A DNA stretch of 63,140 nucleotides, counting the filler, from Craspedostauros australis (lineage: Eukaryota), in assembly GCA_030167865.1 (NCBI GenBank). It is 11 parts of 11 records of this genome, joined end to end, with 100 filler letters (N's around TTAATTAATTAA, not from the genome) between each part and the next. Parts side by side here need not be neighbours in the genome. Positions count along the whole stretch, not along the records: positions 1 to 20,155 come from JALAGF010002422.1; 10 more parts are not named here. The stretch is one strand, 5' to 3'. Below the pieces are notes generated by a model. The model ran no database searches, was not told where the DNA came from, and worked only from the letters and a program-made list of their open reading frames with translations. The translations under genes and the position numbers were made by a program. Positions 1-10,156 of this stretch are shown piece after piece; positions within the stretch are counted from its first letter, which is position 1, and each line of letters starts with the position of its first letter.

Positions 1-1
1 C

Positions 2-631
2 GGAAGTACATGGTGTCATGATGTTGATGGCTGGAGGTGATGGCAAAGTGGCCAAGTCGCCATATATTTCTGGCGGGAAGTTACTGTCATAACCCCCTTT
101 CATGCACTTGAGCCATGCGGTCGGAGTGAGTTCAGGGATACCGAACCATGTCGCAGAGTTCTTCTGTGCGTGCTTGTCGTGTGAGATGACTGCCTTGGTG
201 ATGTCCTGTATTGGGGACAGCACTGTGTCACAAAAAGCTGCATATGCATCCTTGGTTATGTCGTCAGGATCTGGTTCAAGAACTTGATTTGGAGCGATGG
301 TCTCCAAATCCTTCTCGATGTACGCGCGAAAGCGATGGAGCGCAATCAAGTCTGGGATAAGCGAGCAGGTTGTGGCGGGGCATCGCAGGTGGATCAATAT
401 AGATCCAGTCTGTAGACGTGAGAGGAATCCCACCCTCCGGAGGACGCGTTTGATATCCAGGCCATCGCGTGCTTGCTTGGTCTCAAACATCGGGGCGAGG
501 TAGATGAAGGGTTCGGAAAACCCGAGGACGGTGCGGAGGAATTCGACGGTTTGCTTTGTCTTGTCAGGCGGCTCGCGGGGCATCCGGAAACCGGATGTGG
601 TGACAATCCCCTCAACAGAGCGAGCCATCAT
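2..631 (-). CDS. Partial ORF running off the window start (>210 aa, MMARSVEGIV...); possibly the gag-like N-terminus of a diatom Ty1/copia (CoDi) retrotransposon
   Basis: Hand translation shows no stop from the ATG at 631 to the window edge. It is absent from the ORF track. Segments 'FLRTVLGF' and 'LIALHRFRAYI...DDITKDAYAAF' loosely resemble diatom copia gag N-termini (recollection only). Confidence 0.35.
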   Translation of the reverse strand, partial: MMARSVEGIVTTSGFRMPREPPDKTKQTVEFLRTVLGFSEPFIYLAPMFETKQARDGLDIKRVLRRVGFLSRLQTGSILIHLRCPATTCSLIPDLIALHRFRAYIEKDLETIAPNQVLEPDPDDITKDAYAAFCDTVLSPIQDITKAVISHDKHAQKNSATWFGIPELTPTAWLKCMKGGYDSNFPPEIYGDLATLPSPPAINIMTPCTS

Positions 632-820
632 GATGCAAGCGCAGTGCGTAGCAGTCTCAGTTCGAGATAGCGCCAGGTATCCCCCCCAACAGTCGAATCC
701 TCCGCGCGAAGAAGTGCCTCAAAACCAAACTGCCCCAAAATGCCTCAATGCCTCAATCAAACGGCGAACGGCGACGGCGGCGGCAACGGCAACAGCAAGC
801 GTCCGGGAACGATCAGTGAG

Positions 821-928
821 NNNNNNNNNNNNNNNNNNNNNNNNNNNNNNNNNNNNNNNNNNNNNNNNNNNNNNNNNNNNNNNNNNNNNNNNNNNNNNNN
901 NNNNNNNNNNNNNNNNNNNNNNNNNNNN
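821..928. other. Intra-scaffold assembly gap (108 N)
   Basis: Run of N without the TTAATTAATTAA linker. Confidence 0.98.
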
Positions 929-1286
929 CTTTTGTTGTGTTTCGCTTTGTTCTGTTCCATCAGCGTTCGTGCACGTATTTCGATGTTTGCCTTCTCATTT
1001 CTCTCTGCTGTTGCGTCTTGATCGCTGCTGTGTGGTCGTCGTATCTTTTGTGTTTCCGATTCATGCGATCGTAGCTCCATGTCTCCGGCTCGTGCGGTCG
1101 TGGCTCCAATAGAAGCAACAATCTGACATGAAGAGCCATGTTGTTCCTTTCACGCTTGAATCGAACGAGTCAATTCTCTGCACTCTTCAGTGCCGAAAGT
1201 AGGCATGCGAAGTCAACATCCTCCATGCAGAATAAGATGCCGCGTTGATGTTCGTTGACTCAAATTACAGCTCTCTCTCTCTAGAC

Positions 1287-3110
1287 CTATCTTTGCGATT
1301 GCCATGCGGCCCCGCCGCGTGTCACATTGCCTTCTTGGATGGCAACATCTGTATGGAGGAACTTGGCAGCTTGTGCGGATGCCTCAACCTTCACTGCGCT
1401 TCGAGGCATCATTTCTGCATTGTATTCGTCCAACGCCGTTCGCAGGGGCAGCTTCTTTCTGCATACATTCTTGTAGATGGAGCGAGCCAAAGACAGTGCG
1501 TCCAAGAGGGCCTGATTCGCGCCTTGCCCCTTGAAAGGTGACATTGGATGCGCCGCGTCACCCAGCAGCGTGGCCGTACAACGCAAAGGGTCGTCGTGCT
1601 TTGGGAACATGTCGTCGCTCAGCAGCTGCCGGTCGTAGACTGGATAGCCAGATATCAGTTCTGTTGGAGTTTGCCGCAGGATTGTTCCAATCGGATCATG
1701 CCATTGATCGCACAGCTGCAACGCCTTCTCCTTGAGCGCAGGTGGTCCTTGGCGACTCAGTGCTTTTGCTTCGGACTCGGACTCCATTGGGAAACTGAGC
1801 TGCCACATGTAAGCTGTTGGGCTAAATGGCATGATGTAGATCCTGGTCGAGCCGTCTGCTGTTTGGAACACTGTCTCGCCATCCAGCAACGTCTGATTGA
1901 GAGTGTCGGTCGTATTATTGACGCTGGCACCATCAGTAGTGCCGAGAATGCGCTCTGGTAACTTCTCATTGGGGACAATCCCCAGCACAACCACGCAATT
2001 CAAGTATCGCAAGGGCGATGCTGTATCGCCAATCATTTTTTGCCGGACGGTGCTGCGAATTCCATCCGCACCAACCACCAGATCAGCCCGGTGTTTGACA
2101 AGCTCTTCGTTTCCAACTCGAAACGTGAGCTCGACTTCTGTTGGATTTGCACCATCGTAGTCCGTTTTATTCTGCGGTTTGTTGACTGGTTCAATTTCCA
2201 CAAGCTTGTGATTCCATCGAATGGTGGATTCTGGATCGTCCACGGCATCCAGCAGCACCTTCCGAAGGCTTTGCCTGGCGATGTGCACATTCTGCCGCTT
2301 CGGTGGGCTGCTCTTGTTGGATCGTCCCCACTTCCGCAGCCCCCATTCCCCGACGACGGTTCCATCTGGTTTGTGCACGACGTGCTTCGTAGACGTGACA
2401 CCTCCTACCATTGGCTGTGTGATGCTCAGCGATGCCAAGGCGCGTGCGGCCTGTTGCATGGTGAGGCCATATCCCTGCGATCGCTGCGAGAAGTGAACAT
2501 CGCGTTCAAAGACTGTGCACGGAATGTTTCTGTGCTGACAGGCAGCTGCCAACGCCAAGCCGCCGAGTCCGCCACCGACGATCGCGATGCGTGGATAATC
2601 GTGCGTGAGATCCAATGGTTTCGTTCCCCCTCTATCATTGTTTGCATCCTTCCCAACAGCGTCACTCAGCCGTTGTACGATCCCAGTGCTCTTGCAAGCC
2701 GTGCATGGATCGGTGCGTGGTGGCGGTCCATCATTCGCGGTCGTCGTTGCTGATGTCGCAGCTTGCGCTCCGTTCGATGGCTTTTCTGCAGCCCCATTAG
2801 CATCTTGGTTCAGCTTGGCACGTTTGTACCGCAAGCGAGCTTTGCGGGATGGTGGCTTCGTGATCTTGCCTTCGCCATGGCACTTCGAGCATACATTCCA
2901 CCGTGATCTGTGTGGAGCGTCTTCGGAACCACCTGCTTCATTCATTTTGGCAGGATCAAAACTCATGGTGACTGCTGCCGACAATGGCTGCACTCGGCAC
3001 TTCGCGAGTCTGTTTGGGATACAGCGCGCTGGAGTCCACGGATAGATTGGTCGAGACAGGAATGTGGTGGTTGTCGCGAAGAGGACCCTTTTCAGTCCTG
3101 AGATTGTCAT
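1287..3110 (-). CDS. FAD-dependent monooxygenase (class A flavoprotein hydroxylase, FAD_binding_3) with an N-terminal CxxC pair
   Basis: Rossmann motif IAIVGGGLGGLALA, DG motif DLVVGADGIRS, GD motif LLGDAAHPMSPFKGQGANQALLDA. N-terminal CSKCHGEG...CTACKSTG. Basic Ser/Thr-rich presequence. First ATG at 3110. Confidence 0.9.
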   Translation of the reverse strand: MTISGLKRVLFATTTTFLSRPIYPWTPARCIPNRLAKCRVQPLSAAVTMSFDPAKMNEAGGSEDAPHRSRWNVCSKCHGEGKITKPPSRKARLRYKRAKLNQDANGAAEKPSNGAQAATSATTTANDGPPPRTDPCTACKSTGIVQRLSDAVGKDANNDRGGTKPLDLTHDYPRIAIVGGGLGGLALAAACQHRNIPCTVFERDVHFSQRSQGYGLTMQQAARALASLSITQPMVGGVTSTKHVVHKPDGTVVGEWGLRKWGRSNKSSPPKRQNVHIARQSLRKVLLDAVDDPESTIRWNHKLVEIEPVNKPQNKTDYDGANPTEVELTFRVGNEELVKHRADLVVGADGIRSTVRQKMIGDTASPLRYLNCVVVLGIVPNEKLPERILGTTDGASVNNTTDTLNQTLLDGETVFQTADGSTRIYIMPFSPTAYMWQLSFPMESESEAKALSRQGPPALKEKALQLCDQWHDPIGTILRQTPTELISGYPVYDRQLLSDDMFPKHDDPLRCTATLLGDAAHPMSPFKGQGANQALLDALSLARSIYKNVCRKKLPLRTALDEYNAEMMPRSAVKVEASAQAAKFLHTDVAIQEGNVTRGGAAWQSQR

Positions 3111-3248
3111 CAAAAACGTCTACTGTTGTCAATTGATGCTGTGGAGTGGATGGTCCTCTAGATGCGATTGCGCAAAGTGGCTGCGCAAGCAATTCTGAAA
3201 GGAAGGATTGACTTGCTTCAACTGCCAATCAATCAACCGACCAATCAA

Positions 3249-3821
3249 TCACTTTGATTTGCGCACAGTCCTCGAGTACTTCTGTTCCGCAGCACGCTGT
3301 CTATCCATTCCCTGTTTGATGGTCGGCTCCAACTCGACGTTGTCTGGAAAATGGATGTATCGGATCTTGGATCCTCGAATTCGAAGCGTTGAAAGGATGG
3401 ACGTTGAAGCTTCTCCTGCTCCTTGGTGGTCTGGATGCTGGGTCCCCTCGGCCTTGGGAGTTTGTGGAGATTCACGTTCAGACGCGGCCTCTGCCCCTGC
3501 TCCAGTTTCAAAAGCTTGGAGGGGATGCTGAACTTGCTCCTGATGATCGTGGAGTGCCTGATCCAACTCCAGGTTCATGTACTCGTCAGCACTTGACAGT
3601 ATCCCGCGATGGTGCCGACCCGTCTTCAGCTCCACGATGACTTCGATTCCTTCCAAGTGATGCAGCAGATGACCAACCGTGTTGCTGACCTTCTTCTTCC
3701 CCTGGTTGTTATTGTTTCTGCTGCTTCTACCGATCCTGCTGTTTCCACTGCTGTTCGCACGGGCCACAGCAGGAGATCTCTGTTGACGATGATGGTGGGG
3801 ATGTGGATGTTGATCTGCCAT
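3249..3821 (-). CDS. LSM10: Sm/LSm-domain protein, most similar to U7 snRNP-specific Lsm10
   Basis: Sm1 motif LLHHLEGIEVIVELKTGRHHRGILSSADEYMNLEL. Sm2 motif LRIRGSKIRYIHFPDNVELEPTIKQGM, which resembles metazoan Lsm10 '[20 protein letters not shown]'. Confidence 0.65.
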   Translation of the reverse strand: MADQHPHPHHHRQQRSPAVARANSSGNSRIGRSSRNNNNQGKKKVSNTVGHLLHHLEGIEVIVELKTGRHHRGILSSADEYMNLELDQALHDHQEQVQHPLQAFETGAGAEAASERESPQTPKAEGTQHPDHQGAGEASTSILSTLRIRGSKIRYIHFPDNVELEPTIKQGMDRQRAAEQKYSRTVRKSK

Positions 3822-4880
3822 CGTCTCCTTCCTCTATCCTTGGCTGGTCAATTGTTCCGCGACCGTGGCATTCGTTTTTTGTGATGTGTTGTTTTGTTGT
3901 TTCGTTGCTTTGGATTTGGTTGGCGGCAACGATCGTGTTCTTTGGTTTGTATCACGCTCACGATTTGGCGAATCCGTTCATCGATACGATCCATTCGATT
4001 GGTAAACACCAGCCCAATCCCGGGAAAATGTCCATTCGTGTTAAAGTCCGCGAGACTATTTTTTGTGATCACAAGATCCACAACCAAACCGCGCAAAGTA
4101 TGGCCAAACCTGAGATTCCGCCAACGCACGCGCTCAAGATTGTTCCCAACGACCTCTTTGCGGTCTGACGTTTTCTGCATTTCCTCTCATTGGAGCATCA
4201 AGGTGGGATACTTTACCAGATTTGCACTGTCCGTGGAGAGAGGGTGCGGTGTGGAGCTTGGCGCTGTTATGAACGATGCACTGCAACGTACAGGAAAGGC
4301 AAGGCGCCTTCGGTTTGCGCTGAGAATGGGCGAACGGTGATCACCAGAGAGTTCTTGATGTGAAGAGGCGTCTGCCGGCGTGCAACACCATCCCCATCCA
4401 GCACCATGGCCTGGGTTGATTCGAATTCATCAATTTTATGGAAGCATACGAACATGTGAACACTCGTTCTTTGTGCGATGGCGATGGCAACGGCGATGGC
4501 AGGATATCATCTTTTACATCCAATCGTCAACTCCCATAAAACCATTTCATCGCAGGAGCAATAGCAACAGCAGCAACAGCAGCAACGTCCTTCGCACTCC
4601 ACTCTACTCCGCTCTCCTCGACTCAAACGGAGGCTGATCGCTACCACTCCGCAGTGTCCACGAATACAGACGTAGGAATACGCTCCCAGCGTGTCGACTC
4701 TTGCAGCAGCTCCTTCAATACCAGTACATACCTGCATCCCGCAACTCACATTCCAACAACTCGTAGCTGGGCACAACAGCCGCGTCTACGGCCGCCATCA
4801 ACCCTTCTTTCATCTTCGACAGCGGTGTACGCAGTACGCAATACCAACATCAACGACCGACATCAACGACAACGCTGATC

Positions 4881-6005
4881 ATGGTCGCCGCTACGTGGAC
4901 ATCCATCAAGCGTGTGGTCTTGGACTACGCACAATTCGCAAAGTCTTTCACTGACAACTCAGACACCAACCTTCAACACACCCATCAGCGCAATCGTCAG
5001 AAAACTAAGGTCCGAAACAAAGAGCGATCCAAAAGCCACCAAGACGCAGGATCGAGCCGCAAACAATCACCGCCGTTGTCATCATCACCATCATCGCCAC
5101 CACCATCCAAGGCCACCGACTTGTGCCCGAGCACGTCATCCACAGCTACGAGCACTGCTACATACTCCAAGTCGTTGTTTGATTCCACTCCTACTAGCAC
5201 TAGTACTACTACAAAGGCTCTTGAACAGAATCTCCACGATCTTTTCCATCTGCCATTCTTCAGTCGCGAGACTCCCGCTGTTGCAACCGAAAAGCAAGAC
5301 ATGATGCGCCGTCATCATCACGCTCGTCCTCGCAAGACTGTTTCCGGCGAGTATCGTCCACACGACAACTTTCGATATCAACGTCAACCATCACCACCAG
5401 GAAATCAACTCACGGAAAGGATCTCTCCTCACATCGAAAACATCACTGCGAAGCCACAACGCCATTGGCAACCACCGCAGGATCACCGTCCCCATCGCAG
5501 ACATCTTCCGATGGAAGAACGCCAACCAAGAGGCATTCCACGTGAGATCATCGTTTCACGCGACGATAACGAAACTGAAGAGTTTATCGAGAGGCGAGAT
5601 CGCTTTCACGAGCGTCCACTTCCAAAGTATCTCAACCACGAAGGGATTCCGTACATGGTGACGATCTCCTCGTCGTCATCCTCATCGTCCTCTGATGATG
5701 CCAGCGACAATGTGACAGCCATTTCTGCCGTTTCCCTGCCGAAGGAGCTACGCACGCACAACGAAAGGTCCGACGATGACAGCATCGCCAACAGCGACGA
5801 TGCATCATCGATCGATTGGCCGAGCGATGAGGATGGACCTGGGATCTTCCCATGCAGCACCTTCAAGTTTTGGTCAGGCGAACCAGCCAAGAAGAAGAAG
5901 GATGTTTCAGCCACACGCAAGCAGCATTGCGACTACGTACTCCGACATCATGGTGTGAAGCTTCGCACAAGTCCGATGCATCGTTTGACATGGCCTACCA
6001 ATTGA
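4881..6005 (+). CDS. Hypothetical low-complexity, probably disordered protein (374 aa)
   Basis: Long ATG-initiated ORF rich in Ser/Thr/Arg/Asp; no recognisable domain. Confidence 0.55.
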   Translation: MVAATWTSIKRVVLDYAQFAKSFTDNSDTNLQHTHQRNRQKTKVRNKERSKSHQDAGSSRKQSPPLSSSPSSPPPSKATDLCPSTSSTATSTATYSKSLFDSTPTSTSTTTKALEQNLHDLFHLPFFSRETPAVATEKQDMMRRHHHARPRKTVSGEYRPHDNFRYQRQPSPPGNQLTERISPHIENITAKPQRHWQPPQDHRPHRRHLPMEERQPRGIPREIIVSRDDNETEEFIERRDRFHERPLPKYLNHEGIPYMVTISSSSSSSSSDDASDNVTAISAVSLPKELRTHNERSDDDSIANSDDASSIDWPSDEDGPGIFPCSTFKFWSGEPAKKKKDVSATRKQHCDYVLRHHGVKLRTSPMHRLTWPTN

Positions 6006-6329
6006 TTAGGCACTCAAACATCGTTTTTGTTCAATGTGGCACGGGGGACATGGATGTGCTGTTGGCTCAATGTTGTGGATGGTCGAAGTGGTTGCCACAC
6101 CTGTCGATTTGTGTTGGAGGAGAAGGCAAGGCTGGAGCTGAATAGAGGCAAATGATACAATTGAAAATACAACGCTCTCCTCTACTCAACTTTACTAATA
6201 CTTAGATCAGTACTTACTTTCTCCAAGACTTTCCCATGTGCATTTCTTCGTCTATTGGTGGAGTGTCAGCATAGTTGTACTCGCAGCGGTGTACGATGAT
6301 CCATCTTTTGTCTTGTTGTTGCAACGCGG

Positions 6330-9300
6330 TCAAAAAGCCCCGCCCTCGTGCGGGACGCTGGGAGGCAGAGCAAACATTTTCTCGTAGTTGACGCATTGGG
6401 ACATCCGCGTCTCGGCGGTTTCACCACCATCTCTCGCCAATTTGATATTTGCATCGCGGTGATTGCCAGTGGGGGCGAGCGGAGGGATTGCCCTCCAGTC
6501 CTCGCGCTGCGAGTGCCAATGAGTCTCATCCCCTTGATCCCAGAATCTGCTGGTGCTTGTTCGGCCGGGGCGTTTGCAGGAGTACCCGAACGAACCATGC
6601 GTTCTTGTAGCGATACTGTCAATCTTCTCTTCTTCCATACATTTCATTCGTCCGCATTTGGTCCCCACATCTTCCTCCAATGACAGGAAATCAATCTTCT
6701 TGGGCATGATTGTGCTTTCGACTTCACATTCGAACGCATGCGGTGCTTGCAGTCGACCCTGATGCACAGGGACAGCGTTGCTTTGGAGAAGTTCATGGAA
6801 GCGATCCGGCTGCTTGGCATCCTGTTCACGGCATTCATTTTTCGAGAAATATCTCGTTGATTGTTTGCTTTCTTCAAAGCCCTCTTGAGATCTGGACATG
6901 TTGCGTCCATAGTGACAAGTGCGATAGTGATTACCGCTGCTTGCAACAAGTCGCGCAGCATCTTCATCGAGCAGCTGCGTCTCGGGCGGTGGAAGGTTGA
7001 AATATTGCTCAGAGACAAGCTCCGGCGGAGACAACGCTTTGCTTCGAGGGACCGTGCAGTCTCTCGCGTCATCTTGATTCATGACCTTGCATTCGCCCTC
7101 TCGAGCTCGATGGTTCAAGTCTTGACGAGATTCTCCGTAACATTGGCTACGGACGGTGCGCTGCAACATCATGTGCACTTGGCGCTCTTGTGCTGTTCCT
7201 CGATTGGTAGCAGTCGCTTCGTTGAAACGAGACTGTTTTGACAATGCCACTCTCTGCCGTTGAGAAGGGGAGAACGAACACTCAGATCGATCCGGAGCAT
7301 CGCGACGGTCATGGGACAACCCGAAACTCACGCGACGTTGTGATTGAAGTTGACGCTGGCGTTGATGTCGGCGATCGTGTGTTCCATCCCTGTCCCTTCT
7401 GGATGCTGGCCTGAGGAAGAAGTCTACCGATGATGAAAGGTTACCGTGCTCGTGCTCATGCTCCTTTGGCTGTTTGGTAAGTTCGTCATCACGTCGTTCT
7501 CTGTCCAAGTCTTCCCCACGCGATCCAATGCTTGCAATGGAAGTATTGTCGTCTGCATTTGTTGCGTACAGCACATCTCGCATGATCTTCTTGATGTCTT
7601 CGCTGTATTCGAATTGAGTCTTCGGTTTGGGAGGCCGAGACTCCGCAGCGGGCTTGACGAAGATAGTCTTGGGAACCGCGTCTGTTCGGGGTAGCTCCGT
7701 CCCAACCGCCATTCTTTCAGCTCCAGACTTGGATGCATCTGCAGCTTCAGGGGAAGTCTCCTTGCCCTGACCTTGCTCTTCATCATGTCGTTGATCTTCT
7801 CCTTCTTGCCGATCGGTGCTCTTCGGGCGTGCGTCACGAGTTGACTTCTTCTTTGGTGGTGATCGGCCAAGCGGATTGTCGCTTTTGCCAAAGAGCGACT
7901 CGATGAACTCTCGGCGGCGTTGCTGTTCTTTCATGCCCTGCTTGGTCTTGGTTGCGAGCTTCCCAGCCTCGAAGTCGGACACCAACCTCGGGTAGCTTCG
8001 TTGGAAGTCGGCATGCGCCTCAATTGTCTGGAATTCATGCTCTTCGAGCTTCTTTGGTTGCTGTTGTTGCGCTTCGGTGGTACCGGCGGCGTTGTTCAGC
8101 TTCCATCGGACTCCCAAGCATCTCACACCGTCCTTGATGATCTTGCGCTCGATACCGACGGGGATCACATGCTCGCAGTGCGTCGGATCGTCGTTGGATG
8201 GTCCTTCCTTCTGCTCCTCAACCGATCGGATGCATCGGAGCAGCTGATACCGCGCGGTCAATTTGCAGAGCATCCCGAGGACATAGTTCTTGCTTTCCTT
8301 CTTGTTGTGACCCTTGACAAGAAGCGAGGATTGCCAGAACTTGACAATATCTGGAGTCTTCATTCTCAAACTCCGCGCTGTTGTTCCACAGAGAGCGTAG
8401 GGGACTTGGTTGTCGTTGGGGTGGCTGTAGGCATGAATGACGAAGGCGGGGTCGAATCTGGGTATCATCGCGAACGCCTTGTCGCGCAGCGATTTCCGAA
8501 ATCGATCGTCCTGTGTCACCTTGAGGCATTCTTCACCTGGCTCCGTCCCGCACACTTTGCATCCTTCCTTCTTGTGTGTTCGGCAGTCTCCTGGGTGGTT
8601 GCAGCTGGAGCACTTCTTGGCGGTCTTGCCAGCAGCGACTGGTTTGCAGAATAAGGCCTCTTGATCAGTGTTCGACCATTCGTTGATCCAGCTGCGACGT
8701 TCGGCAACAACGGCCCACGAACGGAGCTCCACAATGCATGCATCCTCTGGTCGCATTGGAGAATCGTATTTGCACTTGTTGATGAACCGGACTGCCTTGT
8801 GCCAACCGACGTTGGGAAGACCGTCGCCTGCCAAATCGCTGCCAGTCAGAAGGGCGAATGCAATCAGATCGTTGCGATTCAATTGGATGGTGGTAGTGGT
8901 GGAATCCGTGCCTTGGCTGTTGTCTCGCATCGATGCAACTTTGCTCTTTCTGTGGTTTTCATCGTCCTCCTCGTTGCCCGCATTCAAGATGCACCGAAGA
9001 TTGTCCGCATCATACCGCATGACTTTGCATCGATCCATGTTGTCCAGCGAGAACTTGGTGTAGACGGTCTTGGCACCGAACAGCAAGCAATCTCCATCAT
9101 TCGAGATGACGCCATCGACAACCCCGCGTCGATTGAGCAGTGCGCACAGGGCTTCGCCTTCGGCTTGCGCTCGCAGCACGGGGACGCCCATGAGCCGCAG
9201 CATCTCCTCGCAGACTTGGCATGCTCTCCAAAAGGCAGTACCGTTCCGTCGCTTGCGCAGTCCATCCGAAAGCTCGTCGCTCTCCCGAACGCGGCGCTTG

Positions 9301-9632
9301 CCTTCGAGGACGCAGATGAGTTTGATGCCCATCGAGAGAAGGCGCGCAGTTCTTGTGAAGACCAGATGCAGAACGGGATTGGCATGGTGGATGCTCATCG
9401 TGCTGGAGGTTAATGCCTCGCAGATCCAAATGGAAAGGTCGATGGCGTACGCCGGGCTCTTCTCCAAGCTGGGAGAGCTGTCGCGAGTGTGAGATGCACG
9501 GCGGATGTTCCAAGGATTGATGGTGTTGGACTTGGTGCGGACTTGATGGTTCGGTCGCTTCATTTCTTGAACCCCGACGGGACGCCCACATCCCGCCTCG
9601 TCCAACGCTTTCCACAAGGATGAGACCGTCAT
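6330..9632 (-). CDS. GEN1: XPG/Rad2-family structure-specific nuclease, GEN1/SEND1-like Holliday junction resolvase
   Basis: XPG-N (MTVSSLW, AIDLSIW, VLEGK), XPG-I (AEGEALCA, ISNDGDCLLFGA), H3TH (LLTGSDLAGDGLPNVGW), a Cys/His cluster CSSCNHPG...HKKEGCKVC and a long disordered C-terminus. Confidence 0.85.
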   Translation of the reverse strand: MTVSSLWKALDEAGCGRPVGVQEMKRPNHQVRTKSNTINPWNIRRASHTRDSSPSLEKSPAYAIDLSIWICEALTSSTMSIHHANPVLHLVFTRTARLLSMGIKLICVLEGKRRVRESDELSDGLRKRRNGTAFWRACQVCEEMLRLMGVPVLRAQAEGEALCALLNRRGVVDGVISNDGDCLLFGAKTVYTKFSLDNMDRCKVMRYDADNLRCILNAGNEEDDENHRKSKVASMRDNSQGTDSTTTTIQLNRNDLIAFALLTGSDLAGDGLPNVGWHKAVRFINKCKYDSPMRPEDACIVELRSWAVVAERRSWINEWSNTDQEALFCKPVAAGKTAKKCSSCNHPGDCRTHKKEGCKVCGTEPGEECLKVTQDDRFRKSLRDKAFAMIPRFDPAFVIHAYSHPNDNQVPYALCGTTARSLRMKTPDIVKFWQSSLLVKGHNKKESKNYVLGMLCKLTARYQLLRCIRSVEEQKEGPSNDDPTHCEHVIPVGIERKIIKDGVRCLGVRWKLNNAAGTTEAQQQQPKKLEEHEFQTIEAHADFQRSYPRLVSDFEAGKLATKTKQGMKEQQRRREFIESLFGKSDNPLGRSPPKKKSTRDARPKSTDRQEGEDQRHDEEQGQGKETSPEAADASKSGAERMAVGTELPRTDAVPKTIFVKPAAESRPPKPKTQFEYSEDIKKIMRDVLYATNADDNTSIASIGSRGEDLDRERRDDELTKQPKEHEHEHGNLSSSVDFFLRPASRRDRDGTHDRRHQRQRQLQSQRRVSFGLSHDRRDAPDRSECSFSPSQRQRVALSKQSRFNEATATNRGTAQERQVHMMLQRTVRSQCYGESRQDLNHRAREGECKVMNQDDARDCTVPRSKALSPPELVSEQYFNLPPPETQLLDEDAARLVASSGNHYRTCHYGRNMSRSQEGFEESKQSTRYFSKNECREQDAKQPDRFHELLQSNAVPVHQGRLQAPHAFECEVESTIMPKKIDFLSLEEDVGTKCGRMKCMEEEKIDSIATRTHGSFGYSCKRPGRTSTSRFWDQGDETHWHSQREDWRAIPPLAPTGNHRDANIKLARDGGETAETRMSQCVNYEKMFALPPSVPHEGGAF

Positions 9633-10156
9633 CGTTGGCTACGTCCAGCGTCGGTGTTTCGATGCCCTGTGTCGATGTGTGAGAATTTTTGGTTGCATGA
9701 GTGTACGAGTGTCTGCTTGTGGGTTTTGTGAGCTTGTTTGCCTCGCCACAATCATGTCCAATCGACGATGCTTGTTGTGTTTGTGTTGTGCTGCGGTATA
9801 CCGCATTGTGTTGTGTTGCTCCTCATACGCACAGGTATCGTTCTGACGGATTGTGCGGAGGACACAGAGATCTGCAACACGAAACATGGGAGGATGTTTT
9901 GTTTTGTTGTGGTTTCCTTCCCGATTTTTAAAATGGAGAATTTTAACGGTTGTGACAAATTAGTTGACACGATCCACAGGACGGCAGGGCAACGCAAGGG
10001 AGTGGAGCAAGCGGCTTCCTGTCGCTTCCGCCATCGACCATACCACAGCATCTCAACACAGCAGAAGTGGGCGCAGCCTTGCACCATGCAGGAGAATGTG
10101 ACAGGATACGGTATGCCGCATGTCACTCACCAGTGTGTAATCGATCTGCCTTGTTT

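Noticed and set aside
3803..4340. Several 110-150 aa ORFs upstream of the Lsm gene
   Set aside because: No recognisable homology; consistent with a divergent promoter/UTR region.
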